DNA from: Pseudomonadota bacterium | GTDB lineage: Bacteria > Pseudomonadota > Gammaproteobacteria > Magnimaribacterales > D2472 | Length of the DNA stretch: 64,000 nt | Direction of reading: 5' to 3' | NCBI GenBank assembly: GCA_028344535.1 | Contig: JAOMBK010000005.1 | Location: 869 to 64,868, forward strand | Shown here: positions 35,793 to 43,700 of the stretch, piece by piece | Position numbering within the stretch: the first letter of the stretch is position 1 | How the letters are laid out: the number at the start of each line of letters is the position of its first letter | Program-made: the position numbers and the translations under genes | Notes under the pieces: generated by a model | Databases searched by the model: none | Told to the model about the DNA's origin: nothing | The model's input: only the letters and a program-made list of their open reading frames with translations

Positions 35793-36001
35793 GGCAGCCT
35801 AAAGATTTCTTCGACAGTGCAATTTAGAGTTTTTGCTATCTTTAGTGCCAGTACTGTGGAGGGGACGTAGATACCATTTTCAATGGCATTAATGCTTTTT
35901 CTGGAAACCTCCGCACTCTCAGACAGTTCCTGTTGAGTTAAACCACAAGATTTTCGTAAGTCCTCTAAATTATTTAAAAGTTTTTCGTGGCTTTTACCCA
36001 T
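35789..36001 (-). CDS. XRE-family helix-turn-helix transcriptional regulator (YozG-like, 70 aa)
   Basis: LRKSCGLTQQELSESAEVSRKSINAIENG is a classic HTH_3. It overlaps the upstream membrane-protein gene by 8 nt. Confidence 0.85.
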   Translation of the reverse strand: MGKSHEKLLNNLEDLRKSCGLTQQELSESAEVSRKSINAIENGIYVPSTVLALKIAKTLNCTVEEIFRLP

Positions 36002-36437
36002 TTCGTGATTCTCTTAAATCACCAAGAGCAAACCAAACCAAGAGCATTCCAAAAATGAGCCATGCAAAAGCTGCAATTTGATAAATCATATTATTGGCAA
36101 GCTCAAAACTCCAATTAGACCAATCCTGCATTGAGTAAAGAACAAAAATACCCATTCCATTGATAACATATCCCGCTGTAGCAAGCTTGTAATATCTAAG
36201 CGCATTAAATTCATCATATAAAGCATTATTAGATTGCTCGTCACTCAGAAAGTAATAAGAGAATGTTAAGTACCCAGATCCTACGAAAACCAAAATGCCA
36301 GGAATAAACATCATGTCATGATTCATCAGGTGCCAAGCTAAACCAAAGCCAAGCAATTCAAGTAACAGGTAGGTTGCAAAAAAAACCTGAACAGCACCAC
36401 ATATAAAAAGTACTAAAAAACGTTTAAAAAAGGTCAT
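35994..36437 (-). CDS. 4-TM membrane protein (DUF2975-like partner of the small XRE regulator)
   Basis: 147 aa with four hydrophobic segments. The gene order (membrane protein then overlapping ~70-aa HTH) recalls DUF2975/YozG pairs. Called from topology and context only. Confidence 0.45.
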   Translation of the reverse strand: MTFFKRFLVLFICGAVQVFFATYLLLELLGFGLAWHLMNHDMMFIPGILVFVGSGYLTFSYYFLSDEQSNNALYDEFNALRYYKLATAGYVINGMGIFVLYSMQDWSNWSFELANNMIYQIAAFAWLIFGMLLVWFALGDLRESRNG

Positions 36438-36680
36438 TTATTTCGTCTCAAACTCTTCAACAGCATCAGAGAGCTCTTTGGCTTTGGTCTTATCAAGTTT
36501 ATCGCCAACATAATCATCAAAAAAAGCACTAGCTAGGTAGCCAAGTCCAAAGGCAACAGCAAAGCTTATTCCCCAGGAAATATGCCATGAGTAATAAAGT
36601 ACATAAAAGTTTATAAAACCAATCCCTACGCCAAGGCCCTGTGAAATTTCAGTCCAATTTTTAACTACGAATTTCTTCAT
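36438..36680 (-). CDS. small 2-TM membrane protein with C-terminal ELxxAVExFE motif
   Basis: 80 aa from MKKFVVKN. The internal start was chosen because the track start at 36779 overlaps the upstream gene. The C-terminus is KELSDAVEEFETK. Confidence 0.5.
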   Translation of the reverse strand: MKKFVVKNWTEISQGLGVGIGFINFYVLYYSWHISWGISFAVAFGLGYLASAFFDDYVGDKLDKTKAKELSDAVEEFETK

Positions 36681-36690
36681 TCTCACTCTA

Positions 36691-37089
36691 TTACTTTTTT
36701 TCAAATGCATCAACAGCACTTGTAAGTTCCTGGCTCTCCCTTGGATAAAGATAGCCAGCAATAAGCTGACCCACTCCAATTGTAGTTACAAGCGCTCCAA
36801 CACCTTTTAAAATCGCACCAAGAAAAAAAACGCCAAAAAGAAAAAGACCCACGCCAGTAAAAAGCGTAACCACACCAGCTCTTCTATAATCAATTGGTTC
36901 TTTTTTTCTTTCATCAAGCATGGCTATTAAGCCCTCAAGCTTTGAAGGATCATCAATATTTTTAGATATTTCTAGTATTGTTTTATTTTTATCCTTGCTT
37001 TCAAAATACAACCAAATAAAAACTGATACAGGTATTATTATTCCCGTCATTATCCCCAATACAGGTATTATTATTTCCGGGTTCATCAT
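36691..37089 (-). CDS. 3-TM membrane protein (DUF6249-like layout) with C-terminal ELxxAVDxFE motif
   Basis: 132 aa. Layout is an N-terminal TM segment, a charged linker, then a GVGLFLFGVFFLG TM pair. The C-terminus is QELTSAVDAFEKK. SD GGAGAAA. Confidence 0.5.
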   Translation of the reverse strand: MMNPEIIIPVLGIMTGIIIPVSVFIWLYFESKDKNKTILEISKNIDDPSKLEGLIAMLDERKKEPIDYRRAGVVTLFTGVGLFLFGVFFLGAILKGVGALVTTIGVGQLIAGYLYPRESQELTSAVDAFEKK

Positions 37090-37095
37090 TTTCTC

Positions 37096-37314
37096 CTATC
37101 TTTTTTCGAATCTTTCAACGGCTTTGTTTACTACTTCAACTTCATTCGAATACTTGTAACTAACAAGCATGCAAATAAGACCTAGCCCTATGACTATCAA
37201 TCCTGTGCCATTAAACAACAACCCTAGTGGGTCATATAAAACAATACCAATTAAACTAAATCCAAGTCCTACATACATCATAAAATTTCCCTTTTGGTTT
37301 GAAACGTAACTCAT
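37096..37314 (-). CDS. small 2-TM membrane protein with C-terminal VxxAVExFE motif
   Basis: 72 aa, first gene of the minus-strand operon. The C-terminus is EVVNKAVERFEKR. SD AAGGAGAAG. Confidence 0.5.
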   Translation of the reverse strand: MSYVSNQKGNFMMYVGLGFSLIGIVLYDPLGLLFNGTGLIVIGLGLICMLVSYKYSNEVEVVNKAVERFEKR

Positions 37315-37330
37315 TATCTTCTCCTTGCTA

Positions 37331-37381
37331 AAATGTAACGTAAACTTATCATCATTATTATGGGAAGTAAAGGTTACATTT
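37331..37381. promoter_or_regulatory. 9-bp perfect inverted repeat AAATGTAAC-N33-GTTACATTT upstream of the minus-strand operon
   Basis: Lies 17-67 nt upstream of the 37314 start codon. Candidate operator for the operon-encoded XRE regulator, or a 5'-UTR stem. Confidence 0.35.
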
Positions 37382-37458
37382 AAAAAAATAAAAGTAATTT
37401 TTTAGATTGGTAATTAGTAAGAAATGAAATAATCGCTAATATAGTTTATATTAAGCAT

Positions 37459-37503
37459 ATGTGTGATTGCTGTAGCTGTTGTAAGTGCGATTGTTGCTCT
37501 TAA
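37459..37503 (+). CDS. 14-codon Cys-rich mini-ORF (MCDCCSCCKCDCCS)
   Basis: Manual translation gives 8 Cys in 14 residues. Its stop codon sits in the loop of an 8-bp hairpin ATTGTTGC/GCAACAAT (37490-37511). Lies 71 nt upstream of gloB. No obvious SD sequence. Confidence 0.3.
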   Translation: MCDCCSCCKCDCCS

Positions 37504-37574
37504 GCAACAATTAAACTTTTCCTAAATACTTTCTGTTTAACAGTTTTTGCATATCTATACCAAAAATAAATAAA

Positions 37575-38372
37575 ATGCTAATTAAGCAAATACCCATTCG
37601 AAATGACCTTCAAAACTACATGTATCTTCTTGCATGTGAAAAAACATTAGAGGCAATAGCAATCGACCCATTGGCTCATGATCTTTGTCTAGAGATAGCC
37701 AATCAAATGGGTTGGAAGATAAAAACTGTTGCTAACACCCACCATCATCATGATCACATTGGAGGCAATGGTCCAGTTATAGCTGCCACAGGAGCTGAGT
37801 TGGTTGCTCATGTTGATGCAATGGAATCTATTCCTGGGGTTAACAGGGGTTTAATTGCTGGCGATGATCTGCAATGTGGTGAATTTACCTTAAAAATTAT
37901 GGACACTCCCGGGCATACCATGAGCCATATTTGTCTATATTTTTCTGGAAACTCAAGAGAAAAACCTGCGTTATTTTGCGGTGATACTTTATTCAATGCT
38001 GGTGTAGGAAGATGTGATTTTGGTGGCGAACCCAAAATTCTATATAAAACCTTTGAAGATCAAATTTTCCCACTTCCCAACAACGTGCGTATTTTCCCAG
38101 GACATAACTACATTGAAAATAATATAGAGTTCACGTTAGACCGAGAGCCTGATAATCAACAAGCCGCTTCCTTGCGTGATCAATTCCAAAACGGACTTGA
38201 TGCAGAAAGTTTTGTAAGTGACATTGGATTAGAGCGAGAAATTAATGTTTTTTTTAGAGCGGATCAACTTAAAGTCAGGGAAGGAATTGCATCAAGCTTA
38301 AACATAGATATTGCAAGTTTAAATAATCAAAAAACCTTTATCGGCCTGCGCAAATTACGGGATACTTGGTAG
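37575..38372 (+). CDS. gloB: hydroxyacylglutathione hydrolase (glyoxalase II), MBL fold
   Basis: 265 aa with NTHHHHDHIGGN, TPGHTMSHI, CGDTLF and C-terminal FIGLRKLRDTW. Confidence 0.85.
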   Translation: MLIKQIPIRNDLQNYMYLLACEKTLEAIAIDPLAHDLCLEIANQMGWKIKTVANTHHHHDHIGGNGPVIAATGAELVAHVDAMESIPGVNRGLIAGDDLQCGEFTLKIMDTPGHTMSHICLYFSGNSREKPALFCGDTLFNAGVGRCDFGGEPKILYKTFEDQIFPLPNNVRIFPGHNYIENNIEFTLDREPDNQQAASLRDQFQNGLDAESFVSDIGLEREINVFFRADQLKVREGIASSLNIDIASLNNQKTFIGLRKLRDTW

Positions 38373-38417
38373 AAATTGAGACACCACTTGACGACTATGT
38401 TTTAATGGTTGCAGTAA

Positions 38418-38849
38418 ATGAATTTGTTCAATAGAATCAGGCCCACTCAAGAGATGAATACACAAGTAAAAGCAGATAAGTTATCAATCACATTGTCATT
38501 GGCATGCATGATCCACTGTCTTTTAATGCCTTCATTCTTAATTTTGACTTCAGGTTTTCTTGCTCTATCGATAGACAATGAGCTTATTCATAGGGTTTTT
38601 TTAATAATAGTCCTTCCAGTTAGCCTATATGCTTTGATCACTGGATATCAAAATCATAAAATCCTTTCATATCTTTATTTAGGTATATCAGGTTTGTGGC
38701 TCCTATTTTTTGCAGTTTTTTTTGGAGAGGGTGTTTTCGGAGAGTTTGCTGAGAAATCATTAACTTTAATAGGCTCGATCATAGTCGCCACTTCACACTA
38801 CAAAAACTATAAAGCCTGCAAAGAACTTGCTTGCGAATGTCATGAGTAA
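38418..38849 (+). CDS. MerC-domain membrane protein
   Basis: 143 aa, 4 TM segments, with LACMIHCLLMP in TM1 and a C-terminal Cys cluster KACKELACECHE. Confidence 0.55.
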   Translation: MNLFNRIRPTQEMNTQVKADKLSITLSLACMIHCLLMPSFLILTSGFLALSIDNELIHRVFLIIVLPVSLYALITGYQNHKILSYLYLGISGLWLLFFAVFFGEGVFGEFAEKSLTLIGSIIVATSHYKNYKACKELACECHE

Positions 38850-39391
38850 TGACAAAAATTACCTTAAGAAAGTTTCATAAATACATTAGCCTTCTTATCG
38901 CCATTCAGCTCCTTTTATGGACCGTATCAGGAATCTATTTTTCTTTTAACAAAATAGAAAACGTCCGCGGCGAACAATATCTGATTGCTGAGCTAGAAAA
39001 ATCTATTGCTGATAAACCGAAAGTAGAAAAACTAGGTTTTGAATCTGCAATGCAGATTGTAAAAGATAGAACGATTCTTCGGCCACAAACAATTGAGATT
39101 ATTAATGACCCACAAAGAGGCTCAGAGTATCGAGGAAGAGAGCTGCCCTTGTATAAAGTTGTAACTCTTTCTAATGCGGGCAAAGAAATCAATGTTTATC
39201 AAGACCCATTTACAGGCGAAATCGTTGCCATAAGATCTGCTCAGTGGAGAGTCTGGGATTTGATGTGGGGTCTGCACATAATGGATTGGGTAGATAGAGA
39301 TAATATTGATAATTTATTGTTAAAAATTTTTTCATTTATTGCTTTATTTACCTCTATTTCAGGGGTGATATTATTTTTTAAAAAATCATGA
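38849..39391 (+). CDS. PepSY-domain membrane protein
   Basis: 180 aa. Layout is an N-terminal TM segment, a periplasmic domain (..LPLYKV...INVYQDPFTGEIV) and a C-terminal TM segment. Start and stop overlap both neighbours. Confidence 0.55.
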   Translation: MTKITLRKFHKYISLLIAIQLLLWTVSGIYFSFNKIENVRGEQYLIAELEKSIADKPKVEKLGFESAMQIVKDRTILRPQTIEIINDPQRGSEYRGRELPLYKVVTLSNAGKEINVYQDPFTGEIVAIRSAQWRVWDLMWGLHIMDWVDRDNIDNLLLKIFSFIALFTSISGVILFFKKS

Positions 39392-40473
39392 AATTTCTTT
39401 TTATATTATTAGTCTGCTTTTCAATTGGTCTTTTTGCGCAAGACGGAGAGCCAATGCATGATCATTCCAAAATGGAAAAAATGAGCTCAAAGCATCATTC
39501 TATGAGCCATGCATCAGCCCCAATTGGGATTATGGGAAGCATGCATCACAAGGGATTTATGCTTTCCATCAAACATGGATTTATGAAGATGAATGGCAAC
39601 ATATTTGATGGAAATAATATCAGCAATTTAAAGATTTTAGAGATGCCTAATCCACTGGGCAATATGCCAACAAACCTTTCAGTCATTCCTCAGAGCATGG
39701 ATATGAAGATGACAATGATAGATGCCATGTATGCCCCCTCAAATAATTTAACATTTATGGTAATGGCTACCTATGCCTCTAGAGACATGAAGCTCAATAC
39801 TTACTCTCCAATGATGAGCAGAGGACTCATAGGTCAATTCAACACCTCTTCAAGCGATCTATCTGATATTTCTCTCAGCACATTGTTTAAGATTGCCCAA
39901 ACTAAACATTCAAAATGGCATGGAGAGATTTCCTTTAAAAAATCCATTGGCAAAGATAATTCAATGGCGCAAGCATTGACGCCAATGGGCATGAAAATGA
40001 ACATGATCATGCCTTATGCTATGCAGCCTGGGGATAATTCCTCCAGCTTAGTTTTAGGTCTAACTAATACCAGAGAGTTAAAAGAAGGCATGATTTGGGG
40101 CACTCAACTTAAAAGAAAGATGGTTGTATCTAAGTCTAGCTGGTCTTTTGGCGACCAAACCGAGCTTAATTCATGGATACAGTATCCATTTTCAAAACAG
40201 GTATCCATTTCTTCTAGATTAAAGTTTATTGATCAAGATGTTTTATCTGGAAGCAACGCATTAATCATGGCGCCTGTTCAAACAGCAAACCCAAAAAATT
40301 ATGGAGGCACAGAAATATTCTTTGGTTTAGGTATGAATATTAATTTTGACGTTCTTCCTGGTGGCAATGACAGCATCGGTATTGAAATACTTAAACCTGT
40401 AAATCAAAACAAGAATAACCTTCAAATGAAGACAGATTATCAAGTCATTATTGGCTATCAAAAAAGCTTTTAA
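39388..40473 (+). CDS. Met/His-rich outer-membrane beta-barrel protein (putative metal-related)
   Basis: 361 aa with a signal peptide and N-terminal MHDHSKMEKMSSKHHSMSHASAPIGIMGSMHHKGFM. Alternating beta-strand pattern and a terminal ...GYQKSF (C-terminal Phe). Confidence 0.5.
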   Translation: MKFLFILLVCFSIGLFAQDGEPMHDHSKMEKMSSKHHSMSHASAPIGIMGSMHHKGFMLSIKHGFMKMNGNIFDGNNISNLKILEMPNPLGNMPTNLSVIPQSMDMKMTMIDAMYAPSNNLTFMVMATYASRDMKLNTYSPMMSRGLIGQFNTSSSDLSDISLSTLFKIAQTKHSKWHGEISFKKSIGKDNSMAQALTPMGMKMNMIMPYAMQPGDNSSSLVLGLTNTRELKEGMIWGTQLKRKMVVSKSSWSFGDQTELNSWIQYPFSKQVSISSRLKFIDQDVLSGSNALIMAPVQTANPKNYGGTEIFFGLGMNINFDVLPGGNDSIGIEILKPVNQNKNNLQMKTDYQVIIGYQKSF

Positions 40474-40480
40474 TTAAAGA

Positions 40481-41098
40481 ATGCAAAAAGCAATTAATGT
40501 ATTTGGGGCTTGGGCTGAGCAAGGCAAAGACATTGGCATGGAAAAAGGTCACGCTGATGCGGTCAATGAGATGCTTGATTTTGCAATTCAGGAAAGAGAG
40601 AGCTTTAATAAAAATTTTACATTTTTAGACTTAGGTTGTGGCAATGGTTGGGTGGTAAGAAAGGTTGCTGAAAATACCACATGTAGCGATGCTCATGGCA
40701 TTGATGGAGCCACTCAAATGATCGCCAACGCAAAAAAGCGAGCAGGTGATGAGAAGTATATTCTTGCTAATATTGATGAACATGAACCCACCCAAAAGTA
40801 TGATCTCATTCATTCTATGGAGGTGCTTTATTATCTAGAAGACCCGACTTCAATACTGAATAAAATAGCCAACTCTTGGCTTAATGAGGGAGGAAGATTT
40901 ATCGCTGGCATAGATTTGTACTATGAAAATACTGATTCTCACTCTTGGGAAGAAAAAGTAGGGACCAGAATGTTGATGTTTAAAGAAGCAGAGTGGGCTG
41001 ATTTTTTCAAGCAAGCAGGTTTTAATGATGTGACAAGCTGGCGTGCCAACCAATCTGAAGACTGGGCAGGAACCTTGGTTTTAACTGGAAAAAAATAG
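40481..41098 (+). CDS. class I SAM-dependent methyltransferase
   Basis: 205 aa with motif I, FLDLGCGNGW. Confidence 0.75.
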   Translation: MQKAINVFGAWAEQGKDIGMEKGHADAVNEMLDFAIQERESFNKNFTFLDLGCGNGWVVRKVAENTTCSDAHGIDGATQMIANAKKRAGDEKYILANIDEHEPTQKYDLIHSMEVLYYLEDPTSILNKIANSWLNEGGRFIAGIDLYYENTDSHSWEEKVGTRMLMFKEAEWADFFKQAGFNDVTSWRANQSEDWAGTLVLTGKK

Positions 41099-41107
41099 CT
41101 ATATAAA

Positions 41108-41950
41108 ATGTTTAACAAATTAGATCATCTTATTGTTGCGGTTAAAGACTTGCAGGAAGCTGAAAATAATTACCAAAAATTATTTGGCATGGCGCCTGTT
41201 TGGAGTGGCACACACAAAGAATTAGGCACAAGCAACTCCTTGTTTAATTTCCAAAATACTTATTTTGAGTTACTGGCTCCTACCAGCGAGGGTTTGGGTG
41301 CTGATCTTGTAAATTATTACTTAGATACTTCTGGTGAAGGTTTGATTGGCATGGTCTTTGCCACAGAGGATATTGCTGGCATCCATAGCTCTCTTCAAGA
41401 GAGGAAGTTCCTCATAGGGGATACTTCGGATGGGGAGGGCATCAATTCTTCTGATCAAAAGGTTAGAAAATGGAAAAATTTATTTCTTCCTCCTGAGCTA
41501 ACTAGAGGCATCTTTTCATTTGTGATCGAGCACACCGAGGGAAGCCTCCCTCAACCCAAAAGTGTAGAGCCGTCATCTCCTCACAAATTAGATCATGTGG
41601 TAATTAATACCAATGACGCAAACGGCTTCATAGAAATTTATAAAGATATTTTTAACATTCGTCTTGCCCTCGATAAAACCATTGAGCATTGGCAAAAAAG
41701 AATGCTCTTTTTTAGACTGAACAAAACCACCATAGAAGTTATAGAGCAAGAAGATGATTTACCGCCTAGCGATAAGATGTGGGGGCTGGCTTGGGATGTA
41801 AAAGACATAAAAAAGGCTCATCAGCGACTTTCAAATGAGGGGATTGAAGTAACGCCCATTCAAAAAGGCGTGAAGGAAAAAACTTTGGTTGCTACTGTAA
41901 AATCTCATACCCAAAACGTCCCCACGCTTCTTATTCAGCATTTAAACTAA
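41108..41950 (+). CDS. VOC/glyoxalase-like two-domain protein
   Basis: 280 aa with two modules, each starting LDHLIVAV / LDHVVINT, typical of the glyoxalase/bleomycin-resistance fold. Confidence 0.6.
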   Translation: MFNKLDHLIVAVKDLQEAENNYQKLFGMAPVWSGTHKELGTSNSLFNFQNTYFELLAPTSEGLGADLVNYYLDTSGEGLIGMVFATEDIAGIHSSLQERKFLIGDTSDGEGINSSDQKVRKWKNLFLPPELTRGIFSFVIEHTEGSLPQPKSVEPSSPHKLDHVVINTNDANGFIEIYKDIFNIRLALDKTIEHWQKRMLFFRLNKTTIEVIEQEDDLPPSDKMWGLAWDVKDIKKAHQRLSNEGIEVTPIQKGVKEKTLVATVKSHTQNVPTLLIQHLN

Positions 41951-41955
41951 ATACC

Positions 41956-42318
41956 ATGGTTGAAATAATCTTATACACCTTACTTTTATATTTTTTGCAG
42001 CTATTCCTTCCGGTTACTCTTAAGCGAAAAATGACAGAAGAGATGTTTCTTAGATCAAGGCGCGCAACTGAAAATTTAAAAGAGTCATTGCCAGCATTCC
42101 TAGCACTAGCAATTCTTTCGATTATCCTCGATGTTCAGGCAAACACTATGGCCGCATCTTTCTGGCTTCTTTTTAGAGTCATTTTTGCAGTAATCTATAT
42201 TTCAGGTTTTAACTTAAAGCCTGCCAATGAATCTGGGCATCAAGCTCAACCTTTAAGAAGCCTTGTTTGGACCTTTTCTGTTGTTGCTTTATTTATGATG
42301 GGCACTAATTTTATTTGA
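41956..42318 (+). CDS. MAPEG family membrane protein
   Basis: 120 aa, 3-4 TM segments, with RRATENLKESLPAF resembling the MAPEG R..N..E..P.F motif. Confidence 0.55.
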   Translation: MVEIILYTLLLYFLQLFLPVTLKRKMTEEMFLRSRRATENLKESLPAFLALAILSIILDVQANTMAASFWLLFRVIFAVIYISGFNLKPANESGHQAQPLRSLVWTFSVVALFMMGTNFI

Positions 42319-42333
42319 TAAAATCTATTCTTG

Positions 42334-43605
42334 ATGAAAAAAATAATTCTCTCGCTATACATATGCACCCTCCCATTTTTTGTGGGCTTGCTTGCAGCTA
42401 CAAATATTAGTGAAGCTACCGTTCATTCAGAAAAGATTGTTTTAGGCTCGGGTTGCTTTTGGGGAGCTGAAAAGGGTTATGAATCTTTGCCTGGAGTTAT
42501 CGATGCTGTTTCTGGTTATGCCGATGGAAAAGGCGTTCGAGCCACTTATAGGGAAATTACAAAACTTAAAAATAAGTTTAATGCTAACAATCATGCTGAG
42601 GTAGTAGAGGTCACTTACAACAAAAACCTCATCTCTACCGAAGCACTGTTAATGCATTATTTTGAATCACATGACCCCACTCAGCTAAATCGTCAAGGAA
42701 ATGACATTGGCACCCAATACAGATCCATTATATTGTATTCAACAGAAGAACAAAAAGAAATAATTGATGAGGTTCTTGCAACCTTTCAAGAGCTTTTATC
42801 AACTGCAGGCTATGGCTCTATTACAACCTTAGTTAAACCGATTAAAAATTTTTATAAGGCAGAAAAATATCATCAGGACTACATAGCAAAAAATCCAAAT
42901 GGATACTGTCCCGATCATTCTACGGGTGTTAAGTTTGCTGAAAAAGAAACTATTCAAATTGTCGATAATTCAGATCTACTTTCAGGAAAGCATATTATCG
43001 TGATTGAAGCAGAGGGCTATTGCCCATATTGTGACAAATTTAGAGCTGATGTTGTAAAGAACTATTTTGGCAATATTCCACTAGTATTTAGGTTAGCATC
43101 TCAGCTACAAGGCTTAGCTATTAATTCACCAACTTGGGCTACTCCAACTATTTTATTTTTAGAAAATGGAAAAGAGGCCTTTGGTTACCAAGGCTATCTA
43201 AACCCCAAAGAATTTTATGAGGCTCTTGGCTACTTTAAGCTTGGAGACTCAGAAGCATACAAAGTTGCATTTCAGCAGGGAACAGATGCAAGGTTTTGTA
43301 AAGAATATGAAATTTTTAAAAATACTCCTGATGGTATTTTTATTGATAAATTAAGTGGCGCTCCTTTATTTGATACTAAAGACAGATTTAATTCCTCTAC
43401 CGGTTGGCTGTCATTTACAGCCCCGATTAAGGGCTCGGTTTATACAAAGCCTGATAATAGCTACGGAATGCGAAGGACAGAAATAAGATCGGTTACCTCA
43501 GATATTCATTTGGGGCATGTTTTTCCAGATGGCCCAAACGGTATGCCGAGATACTGTATTAATGCTACCGTGCTGGACTTTAAGCCCAGAGACGACCTAA
43601 GTTAG
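42334..43605 (+). CDS. msrAB: exported fusion protein MsrA - thioredoxin-fold (CPYC) - MsrB
   Basis: Has a signal peptide; GSGCFWGAEKGY (MsrA); EGYCPYCDKF...ATPT (Trx fold); GWLSF..HLGHVFPDGP..RYCINA (MsrB). ATG 42334 is preferred over TTG 42331. Confidence 0.85.
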   Translation: MKKIILSLYICTLPFFVGLLAATNISEATVHSEKIVLGSGCFWGAEKGYESLPGVIDAVSGYADGKGVRATYREITKLKNKFNANNHAEVVEVTYNKNLISTEALLMHYFESHDPTQLNRQGNDIGTQYRSIILYSTEEQKEIIDEVLATFQELLSTAGYGSITTLVKPIKNFYKAEKYHQDYIAKNPNGYCPDHSTGVKFAEKETIQIVDNSDLLSGKHIIVIEAEGYCPYCDKFRADVVKNYFGNIPLVFRLASQLQGLAINSPTWATPTILFLENGKEAFGYQGYLNPKEFYEALGYFKLGDSEAYKVAFQQGTDARFCKEYEIFKNTPDGIFIDKLSGAPLFDTKDRFNSSTGWLSFTAPIKGSVYTKPDNSYGMRRTEIRSVTSDIHLGHVFPDGPNGMPRYCINATVLDFKPRDDLS

Positions 43606-43629
43606 TTTAAATAATATTTGCAAAATAAT

Positions 43630-43700
43630 TGCCTAGCATTACAATATGCTCAATCGCGATTTGATCCTATTGCCGCGATTTAAAAGAAAGTGCTAAAACG
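43630..43700 (+). ncRNA. candidate structured 5' leader (riboswitch-like) of the BHMT-like gene
   Basis: Nested pairings: TAGCATT (43634-40) with AGTGCTA (43689-95), enclosing AATCGCG (43652-58) with CGCGATT (43674-80). The 3' motif AAAGTGCTAAAA recalls the SAM-II/SAM-V core as I remember it. Confidence 0.3.

Noticed and set aside
37533-37543. Palindrome CTGTTTAACAG upstream of gloB as a LexA/SOS box, or a relative of the hairpin-element arms
   Set aside because: The spacing is CTGT-N3-ACAG, not the CTGT-N8-ACAG of gammaproteobacterial SOS boxes. An 11-nt palindrome in AT-rich DNA is not significant, and the match to the CACTGTT/AACAGTG arms covers only 5 nt.
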